Below are positions 41,412-47,816 of a stretch of 47,816 bases of DNA, piece by piece. The stretch covers positions 1 to 47,816 of IMG/VR virus record IMGVR_UViG_3300050154_000050; one strand, 5' to 3'. A program made the position numbers and the translations under genes. Every line of letters begins with the position of its first letter. Within the stretch, counting starts at the first letter, position 1. Below the pieces are notes generated by a model. The model was not told where the DNA came from, ran no database searches, and worked only from the letters and a program-made list of their open reading frames with translations. Origin of the DNA: a virus.

Positions 41412-42134
41412 ATGATTGATGTTACATCTGGCGATACAGTTATCACGTTTAACGGCGCTGATTACCTATTCCGCCCATCCCTAAAAAACATAGCAAAACT
41501 TGGCGACCCGAAAGAAATCATCGAGATTTTCGGGCAGCTACACGGCGCTGGAGTTGAATCAGCACTTAAAGACATAGATAGTTTCAGGTCAAATACTGAT
41601 AACTTGCAGCAACGCGCACAAGAGCTTATAGAGCATCACGGAACGCACCTAGTTGCTATCGGAGAACTAATGCAGTTTCAGACTGGTGCGGATATTTACG
41701 GGCGGTATTACAAAACACTGTTGAAGCAGATATTGCCTACTGCTATTAACATTTTGTGGTGCTGCTACGAAGGTGAAAATGATTTGACGCCTATCGTTGG
41801 CGGTTACAAATCGGTGCGCGGAAAGTTGCTGTATTCCATCGGCAAAGCAAACACGAAAGAAATCATCATACTTGCTCGCCACATGATGAAACATGGTGTA
41901 GTTGGCGATGGCGAGAAAAAAGAAGATGGTGAATATTCAGATGAGTTTAATCCGGCGGAGTTTGTAGAAGTCGCTGTTGATTTATTGAAGATGCCATTTG
42001 CGGAAGCTGAACAACTAACCATGACTAGATTGATTCGCATGTTAGACCGAAGAAGTGGCAAGAAGAAAGAAAAAGAAATCAGCAGAGAAGAATATGCAGC
42101 ACTAAAAGAATTGGCGACTAAGGGGAATAAATAA
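41412..42134 (+). CDS. Tail assembly chaperone (putative; no frameshift product seen)
   Basis: 240-aa ORF between the major tail and tape measure genes; acidic/basic C-terminus. Confidence 0.5.
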   Translation: MIDVTSGDTVITFNGADYLFRPSLKNIAKLGDPKEIIEIFGQLHGAGVESALKDIDSFRSNTDNLQQRAQELIEHHGTHLVAIGELMQFQTGADIYGRYYKTLLKQILPTAINILWCCYEGENDLTPIVGGYKSVRGKLLYSIGKANTKEIIILARHMMKHGVVGDGEKKEDGEYSDEFNPAEFVEVAVDLLKMPFAEAEQLTMTRLIRMLDRRSGKKKEKEISREEYAALKELATKGNK

Positions 42135-44521
42135 TGGCAACTTCAGCAGGCGAGTTAATTTACACAATAGGGGCCGATGCCTCACCTATGCTTGCGGCTG
42201 CTTCAAAGGTTGATTCAGCAGCTAAAGAAATGGCTGATGCATTAAATCAGGCGTCAGCATCAGCAGAAAAAGCCGGTGAAGCCCTAATAGGTTTAGCTAA
42301 CGATGCAACCAGACTGCAAACGGGTATATCAAAATCAGCAAGCGCAGTAACTGGGATGATTCAACAGTTACGGCTTGAGGCTTTAACTGTAAGAATGAAT
42401 GCAAATGAAAAAGCTTTGTATATCGCCGCACTAAAAGGCGCAACAGCAGCAGAGTTGCAGGAAATAGCATCTTTACAGGTTTTAGCTGGCGCATCAAACT
42501 CGTCAAAAGGCGGGGTGATAAATATGCGTTATGCAGTTCAGAATCTCGGATATCAAATGCAGGATATCGCCGTTCAGTTACAAATGGGGGCTAGTGCATT
42601 CACTGTCCTCGGCCAGCAGGGGTCGCAGGTAGCATCAATATTCGGCCCGGGTGGTGCCGTTATAGGTGCAATAATCGCCGTAGCATCAGCAATAGGTGGA
42701 GCGCTTATAAAATCGCTGAATGGCGCTAATGCTGAATTTGATGTTATGACTGCAAAAGTTGGCGAACTACAGTCGGCGCAAAGAAAGGTCGCTACAGATG
42801 AAATAAGCGCAAAATTAGATAAAGTTAACAGCAGAATAAAGGATTTTTCAAGCGGCACTGATGCAGCTGGAGTATCCGGAACGGGATGGACGAAAACCAT
42901 TTCATTTAATACTGAAGGGTTGCATAAGCAGCAAGCGGCGCTTGAGGCACTCAAAGCAGAACAGAAATCATATCAAGATAGGCTTAAAGAGCTTTCAACT
43001 GGTACAACAAAAGAAGCAACATCGGCCAATGAAGATTGGAAAACCAGCGTGATTGCAGGAACCATCGCGCTAAAGGATGGAGAGAAACAGGCTGCAATTT
43101 ATGTAAGAACACAAGAGATAATGAAAAAGGCCAAAGAGAACGGCCAATCCAATGACATTACACAAGCACAAATCAAGGTTGATACTGATTTAATCAATAA
43201 GCAATACGAAGCAAAGGACGCTCATGATGCCGCTGAAAAGGCAAAAAGAGCTAGCGAATCAGCAACAAAAAAAGATTTATCAGCACAAAAGCAAGTTGTA
43301 AATCAATTAGAAGACTCAGCCAGCAAAGCAGCCCAGCTAGGCATTGAATACAACAACCTGAAAAAAGGTATTGACGAAAACTCAGCATCGACAAGTCGAT
43401 TCACTCTAGAGTCAGCAACGCTTGAAGCCCAAAGACAACTTGGTTCTGCCGCTACTGAAAAACAGATTGATGCACAAGCGCGTAACATTCTGAAAATTCA
43501 TGAAGAAACAGATGCCATTGATAAGCTAAAGAAAAAGCAGGCCCAAGACAAGGAAACAACAAATAAATTTACCACCGTTGAAAGTAAAGTAAGCACAAAA
43601 GGCGAAAACGTTGACTCGCAATACAAGGATGACATCAAAGCACTTAACAACTACCACAAAATGGCAGGCGCCAGTGATGCCAGATACCAGAAAACAAAAT
43701 CAAAGTTAGAGGAAAAATATCGCAAAGACAAGCAAGCCGCCGCAATTGAAGACTACAAAGCACAGTCAGAGTGGAATAAATTCTTGATGGATGGCTTGGA
43801 TGCGCTTGGTCAGTCCGCTACAACCACAATCGCAGGGCTAGCATCCGGAACCATGACCGCAACTCAGGCCATGCAGAATTTTGCTAGCATTATTCTGAAT
43901 CAGGCGGTTGGGGCTCTTGTTGAGATGGGTATTAACCAGATTAAGAACACCATGCTTTCAGACACAATGGCTGCCACGCAGCAAGCTAACATCGTCGCAA
44001 CTAACGCGACTGGTATTGCAGCCGGTAGTGCAAATGCGGCAGCGCAAGCGGGTAATGCAGCTACAGTAGCAGCAGCGGCGGCACCAGCGGCGGCGGCAAC
44101 AGCAACATTCTCATGGGGTACTGCTGCTGTTGTCGGTGGGGCGGCTTTACTTGCCACATATGCTATAGCAAAATCAGCTGGCGGACGACAGTTTGGTGGT
44201 AGCGTAAACGCTGGAGGCATGTATCGAGTTGGTGAAAACGGACGTGCAGAAGTATTCACTCAGGGAGGAAGAAACTACCTTTTACCTGGTGACGGCGGCG
44301 GCCAGGTTACACCAATGAGCGGGACGGGTGGCGGCGGTTTCAGCCAAAACGTCAGCATTGTTAACACATCCGGCGCAAGCGTGTCACATAATACAAGTGC
44401 AGACGGAAAGCAAATGCGCATATTGGTAGAGCAGACGGTCAGTAAGTCAATCAGCGAGAAGCGTGGTAGAATTTACTCAGCATTTAACCGTACAACAAAC
44501 CTGCAATCGAGGGCTAGATAA
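42134..44521 (+). CDS. Tape measure protein
   Basis: 795 aa; long alpha-helical K/E/Q/A-rich body and a Gly/Ala-rich hydrophobic C-terminal part; ATGA-type coupling. Confidence 0.85.
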   Translation: MATSAGELIYTIGADASPMLAAASKVDSAAKEMADALNQASASAEKAGEALIGLANDATRLQTGISKSASAVTGMIQQLRLEALTVRMNANEKALYIAALKGATAAELQEIASLQVLAGASNSSKGGVINMRYAVQNLGYQMQDIAVQLQMGASAFTVLGQQGSQVASIFGPGGAVIGAIIAVASAIGGALIKSLNGANAEFDVMTAKVGELQSAQRKVATDEISAKLDKVNSRIKDFSSGTDAAGVSGTGWTKTISFNTEGLHKQQAALEALKAEQKSYQDRLKELSTGTTKEATSANEDWKTSVIAGTIALKDGEKQAAIYVRTQEIMKKAKENGQSNDITQAQIKVDTDLINKQYEAKDAHDAAEKAKRASESATKKDLSAQKQVVNQLEDSASKAAQLGIEYNNLKKGIDENSASTSRFTLESATLEAQRQLGSAATEKQIDAQARNILKIHEETDAIDKLKKKQAQDKETTNKFTTVESKVSTKGENVDSQYKDDIKALNNYHKMAGASDARYQKTKSKLEEKYRKDKQAAAIEDYKAQSEWNKFLMDGLDALGQSATTTIAGLASGTMTATQAMQNFASIILNQAVGALVEMGINQIKNTMLSDTMAATQQANIVATNATGIAAGSANAAAQAGNAATVAAAAAPAAAATATFSWGTAAVVGGAALLATYAIAKSAGGRQFGGSVNAGGMYRVGENGRAEVFTQGGRNYLLPGDGGGQVTPMSGTGGGGFSQNVSIVNTSGASVSHNTSADGKQMRILVEQTVSKSISEKRGRIYSAFNRTTNLQSRAR

Positions 44522-45000
44522 TGGCAATAGTCGCCTATCCTGAAAACGTACCACTGCCATTATTGACTGAAACTAGCCGCTCACAGGCGGCTACGTTTCG
44601 CGCATATCAGCCGCTAGCAGGGCCTATGCGCATCAAAAAGACATCCAGTGATGCGCCAGTGCAATATGATATCGCGTGGCGCATGTCACGACTTGGCGCG
44701 CAACGGTTTACGGCGTGGTTTTATAATCCAGATGGATTAAATCAAGGCAGAAACACGTTTACGGTAAAACTGAACACTGAGTTTGGATTACTTGACCACA
44801 CTGTGCAACTATTGCCAGACAGCCTTGTTCCATGTACTACAGAAGGCTCTACTGTTTACAGTTATACAGCATCAGGTATTGTTCGAGCGTTACCGATTCC
44901 ACAGGTTTACTTTGACCATTACGACCTTTTGCAGTCAGATTACTACACGCAAGCAGGGCTGTTTGACTTGATTGTTAATGATTATTTGCCGATTATTTAG
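44521..45000 (+). CDS. Minor/distal tail protein (gpM position)
   Basis: 159 aa immediately after the tape measure gene; call rests on synteny. Confidence 0.45.
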   Translation: MAIVAYPENVPLPLLTETSRSQAATFRAYQPLAGPMRIKKTSSDAPVQYDIAWRMSRLGAQRFTAWFYNPDGLNQGRNTFTVKLNTEFGLLDHTVQLLPDSLVPCTTEGSTVYSYTASGIVRALPIPQVYFDHYDLLQSDYYTQAGLFDLIVNDYLPII

Positions 45001-45009
45001 GGTGCCACA

Positions 45010-45495
45010 ATGACATCAAACGCCACAATCTGGACAACAGCAAATCCAGTCATGGAGTTCGATACTATGATGATAAGTCATAGCTCGTTCGACCCTGTTT
45101 ATGTTGTTTTTAATCAGTACGACAAGGTTACGCTAAACGGTAACGAATACTTGCCCTGTTACGGCGAGATAACCTATCCAGTCGTTGACGGTGAAACTAC
45201 GCCAGAAGTCACGGTCGATATGGCTCGCGCATTGGTTGGTGATGAAATCGAGACACTCATTAAATCCATTCCGCCGTGGAAACGAATGGTTGAGCCTGTC
45301 ATTGCGACATTCCAACATTGGTCAGAAGAAAATGGCGGCACGTTAATGTTTGGTTATGAGCTGAATATCAGCAACGAAGGCGTCTCCATGTCAATTGATT
45401 CAGTGACAATCAAGGCGCAAAAGTTAAACCAAATGACGCGATCAGTGGCTAGATTGTATGAAATCACTGAATGGCCGGGCTTGCAGAATACATAA
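45010..45495 (+). CDS. Minor tail protein (gpL/DUF1833-like)
   Basis: 161 aa; sits between the gpM-like and gpK-like genes. Confidence 0.45.
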   Translation: MTSNATIWTTANPVMEFDTMMISHSSFDPVYVVFNQYDKVTLNGNEYLPCYGEITYPVVDGETTPEVTVDMARALVGDEIETLIKSIPPWKRMVEPVIATFQHWSEENGGTLMFGYELNISNEGVSMSIDSVTIKAQKLNQMTRSVARLYEITEWPGLQNT

Positions 45496-45500
45496 AAGAA

Positions 45501-45518
45501 AAGCCCCGGTAGGGGCTT
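45501..45518. terminator. Shared bidirectional hairpin between the tail gene and antisense cassette E
   Basis: AAGCCCC-ggta-GGGGCTT. Confidence 0.7.
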
Positions 45519-45526
45519 AGTTGTTA

Positions 45527-46297
45527 CTATTGCTTTAGTTTATCAAATAAATTTTTAAGTTTAGAAAAACTATCAATCATTCCGTCTATCTGCTTTTCCA
45601 TTTCAATTATTTCAACGTTAATTTCACGCTGAATATTCATAATCTCATGTTTTGACAGTTGTTTTTCTTCTTCTTTTTTTGCTTCTTCTGCCGCCGCTAG
45701 AAGTTTGTTTGCTTGTTCAATTAGCTCTTCTGATTTGGTCTTTGTATTTGATTTATCTGTCATTATAATATTCTCACTTAAGCTTATTAGTATAGTTCCA
45801 GTTCTTCCGTTTTTTATCTTTCTTACTTTTATTAGCCCATCATTCTCTAAGCTATCTAATATGTTTTTTCTGTCAATTTTGCACATCTTTTTAAATCTAT
45901 GCGCGCGAGCCGTTAACTCGCTCATATTCATTTCATTTTTTTCTTTCAGCACAAAAAGCAACTCATCAAGTAGTGATTTTACTTCTACTTCCGATACGAG
46001 CTCATAACGACTTTCAATTCGCTTAACATCATTTACATTAGCGGCGTAAAATGATATTTGATTCCCACTTGACTTGCTTCTTAGTTTAAGTTTTATTGCC
46101 CCTCTTTTTTTGCACAATACATACAAACTCTCATGTCTTGCTTGACTAGAGAGAAGTACGTATTCCCTTATGCTGAAAAAGTTTGCGATACTCATTGGCT
46201 TGCCATGTAGCAATTTTTTTACAATTATATCTGCAACCTTTAGTATTCTTGCGTATTCTTGGTCTGAATAAGACCTTCCATCGTATCCAACTTTCAT
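45527..46297 (-). CDS. AT-rich wHTH plus coiled-coil protein of unknown function (cassette E)
   Basis: 256 aa; central MSELTARAHRFKKMCKIDRKNILDSLENDGLIKVRK looks winged-helix-like; K/E-rich coiled-coil C-terminus; AAGGAG before the ATG. Confidence 0.55.
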   Translation of the reverse strand: MKVGYDGRSYSDQEYARILKVADIIVKKLLHGKPMSIANFFSIREYVLLSSQARHESLYVLCKKRGAIKLKLRSKSSGNQISFYAANVNDVKRIESRYELVSEVEVKSLLDELLFVLKEKNEMNMSELTARAHRFKKMCKIDRKNILDSLENDGLIKVRKIKNGRTGTILISLSENIIMTDKSNTKTKSEELIEQANKLLAAAEEAKKEEEKQLSKHEIMNIQREINVEIIEMEKQIDGMIDSFSKLKNLFDKLKQ

Positions 46298-46320
46298 TTT
46301 TTAACTCCTTCATTAACTGT

Positions 46321-46334
46321 ATTTAACTATTACA
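46321..46334 (-). promoter_or_regulatory. 14-bp motif TGTAATAGTTAAAT (perfect copy), pointing into cassette E
   Basis: Plus strand ATTTAACTATTACA; 23 nt to ATG 46297. Confidence 0.6.
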
Positions 46335-46358
46335 CACAACATAACATCATGTAAAGAG

Positions 46359-46364
46359 TATAAT
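46359..46364 (+). promoter_or_regulatory. -10 element TATAAT (followed by GAAAAAA) restarting tail-tip gene transcription
   Basis: Exactly 24 nt from the motif, as at 25319; 25 nt upstream of ATG 46390. Confidence 0.45.
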
Positions 46365-46389
46365 GAAAAAATAGTTAAAAGGAGGTTTT

Positions 46390-46782
46390 ATGACAGAACA
46401 AGAATTCATCTCGCATTGGGTTGGCACGCCTTGGCTTGAGCGCGGAAACAGCAAGCAAGGAATCGACTGCTGGGCGCTTGTTGTGCGTTATTACAAGGAT
46501 GTTTTAGGTATTAGCCTTTGCAACGACTACGATTCAAACTTTCTGCAGGGCTATCTGCAAGAAGTGCAGCACTGGAAGCCGACAACAGCAAAACAAGGCG
46601 TTGCGTTCATGTGCTTTGACAAGTTAACACATGAGCCTTGTCACGTTGGCGTGGTTGTTGGAAATGGTAAATTCATTCTGCACTGCAAGAACAACACCGC
46701 CCACGGTGCTACACGGTGCGACCGACTCTCCGCTATGTTAAAATTGTATCCAGACATGCAATTTTACGAGTATATCGGATGA
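46390..46782 (+). CDS. NlpC/P60 (C40) peptidase domain tail protein (lambda gpK C-terminal-like)
   Basis: GIDCWALVVRYY (catalytic Cys) plus CHVGVV and H in LHCKNNTAH. Confidence 0.7.
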   Translation: MTEQEFISHWVGTPWLERGNSKQGIDCWALVVRYYKDVLGISLCNDYDSNFLQGYLQEVQHWKPTTAKQGVAFMCFDKLTHEPCHVGVVVGNGKFILHCKNNTAHGATRCDRLSAMLKLYPDMQFYEYIG

Positions 46783-47816
46783 CAAGCACCGCGCTAGTTG
46801 AGCACATGAAAAGCAAAGGTAAAGCGCTATTAATTATCGATGGCATCGCACGACAAAAGCGACATGAAATAAGCACGACAAAAACATGGGTTGAGCAAGT
46901 TATTGCACAGGCTGGTCAGTTCGATCCAAAATTTACTGAGCTGTATTTCAACGGCAAGAAAATCAGCAATGACGATTTTTTGTTTGATGCTTACCCGAAA
47001 GATGGTGATGCGCTAGTCATTAAGATTAGGCCGCAGCTAGAGGGTATGGCGGCATGGAAAATTGGTTTAATCATCGCTGGTATAGCGCTTGCATCTGCAT
47101 TTGCTGTAATGGCATTAACAAGAAAAAGTCTATCATCAACCAGCGGAACTCAATCACCAAACTCCAGCTTTACCGGGCAAACTAACGCGGCCCGTCTTTA
47201 CGAGCAGCGCCCAGACATTTACGGCATTGTGCGCGCCTATCCCGATATTATCTCCGAGGCTGTTGAAGAATATAACGCCAACAACCGCAAGGTGTTAACG
47301 CATTATTTAAACGTAGGACTTGGTTATTACGAGCTAACAAAATCGAGATACTCAGATAGTAATGTAGCTAACTTCGCAAACTCTGAGCACACTTTTTATC
47401 AGGCTGGCACAACAATACCAATAATCTATGAGCAAAATTCATTCAGTGAAATAGACTCTGCAGGACAAGAGCTGCTTGGCCCAAATGAGATTGAGTATGT
47501 CACTGGAGACCCGTTTTATACAGCAACGCCATATTCTATTTCATCTAGCGCAGTATCGCAGACGTTTACCGTTGTTTATGTGAACCCTACCGCTGGCGTT
47601 ACACCTGATTTAGGAGGCGGTGGGCAGCTTGGCGCATGGTGGTTGGCGAGAGATACTGGAACGGGGGAAATCACCGGAATAGGCCTGCGATTCAATTACA
47701 ACCGAGAGGTTTATACGTTCGATGGAAACGACTCTCTGGGTAATCCAACATACATTTACGTTACAACAGCAACAACATATTTCAGTCAATCTAACACTAT
47801 TTCATATGATGACATT
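46779..47816 (+). CDS. gpI-like domain fused to gpJ-like host-specificity protein, 5' portion (no stop in window; continues at base 128 = 1..1714)
   Basis: ATGA-coupled ATG 46779; open to the window end. N-terminal ~110 aa look beta-grasp-like (DGDALVIKIRPQLEG) followed by a TM-like IGLIIAGIALASAFAV, as in lambda gpI. Then NAARLYEQRPDIYGIVRAYPDII, typical of a gpJ N-terminus. Confidence 0.7.
   Translation, partial: MTSTALVEHMKSKGKALLIIDGIARQKRHEISTTKTWVEQVIAQAGQFDPKFTELYFNGKKISNDDFLFDAYPKDGDALVIKIRPQLEGMAAWKIGLIIAGIALASAFAVMALTRKSLSSTSGTQSPNSSFTGQTNAARLYEQRPDIYGIVRAYPDIISEAVEEYNANNRKVLTHYLNVGLGYYELTKSRYSDSNVANFANSEHTFYQAGTTIPIIYEQNSFSEIDSAGQELLGPNEIEYVTGDPFYTATPYSISSSAVSQTFTVVYVNPTAGVTPDLGGGGQLGAWWLARDTGTGEITGIGLRFNYNREVYTFDGNDSLGNPTYIYVTTATTYFSQSNTISYDDI
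47690..47816. repeat. Terminal direct repeat copy 2 (identical to 1..127)
   Basis: Base-by-base identity with the window start. Confidence 0.95.

Noticed and set aside
41913-41922. A-run GAG-AAA-AAA-G in the tail chaperone gene as a G/GT-type -1 slippery site
   Set aside because: The phase does not fit X_XXY_YYZ. The -1 frame stops after 3 codons (AGA AGA TGG TGA) and the +1 frame stops after about 15, so no extended trans-frame product exists.
42297-44259. Antisense ORFs opposite the tape measure gene (42297..42506, 42574..42954, 43303..43488, 43900..44259)
   Set aside because: The Ala/Pro-rich translations mirror the GC-rich Ala/Gly codons of the tape measure gene. They have no RBS and are nested.
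7961-46334. Reading the 14-bp motif as an ordinary sigma70 promoter (TGTAAT or TTAAAT as the -10)
   Set aside because: No conserved -35-like hexamer lies at 16-18 nt in any register across the 8 copies. TGTAAT has G at the critical -11 position, and the TG is not at the extended -10 spacing. The motif is kept as a regulatory element of unknown class.
1-47816. Search by eye for CRISPR arrays, diversity-generating retroelements or retrons, integrase/attP and toxin-antitoxin pairs
   Set aside because: No regularly spaced direct repeats, no reverse-transcriptase-like ORF, no recombinase motifs and no template/variable repeat pair were seen. Absence cannot be proven without profile searches.

Overview
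The window is a complete, circularly closed dsDNA phage genome. Bases 1-127 are identical to 47690-47816, so the unique length is 47,689 bp. The tail-tip gene that runs off the right end (46779..) continues in frame at the left end (..1714). Gene content fits a siphovirus with a lambda-type tail tip on a Gram-negative host (SAR endolysin, i-/o-spanins). Modules: (1) J-like tail tip and tailspike 1 (1-3871, +). (2) A long leftward block (12915 down to 3885, -) with a recombination/replication set: DnaQ-like exonuclease, Sak4-like ATPase, SSB-like protein, Cas4-like nuclease, SF2 helicase, VRR-NUC. This is followed by small genes, an HTH protein, an intrinsic terminator and then the lysis cassette. 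(3) Divergent PL/PR region, Cro-like HTH and prim-pol/helicase (13040-15586, +). (4) A block of about 16 small genes (15953-19904, +; NinX-like, YopX). (5) Packaging, head, neck and tail genes (19973-47816, +) with two tRNAs (Met-CAU, Gly-UCC) plus one aberrant tRNA-like element. No integrase, CI-type repressor, RNA polymerase, sigma factor, reverse transcriptase or CRISPR array was recognised. The most unusual feature is regulatory and architectural. A 14-bp motif TGTAATAGTTAAAT occurs 8 times (5 perfect, 3 with one mismatch), always intergenic and always pointing into the next gene block. The + strand structural operon is cut five times by antisense cassettes, each built as shared hairpin, then cargo, then motif. 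Cargo includes a DNA methyltransferase, Rha, dUTPase, a stand-alone C39-like peptidase, a 47-aa strongly acidic protein and an AT-rich wHTH/coiled-coil protein. Other points: two small genes broken by an 11-bp tandem duplication and by a 1-nt frame change; a second tailspike island between head and neck genes; an apparent gpI-gpJ fusion; lysis genes placed behind a terminator at the end of the early leftward operon. All functional calls come from motifs read by eye and from synteny. No database search was run.
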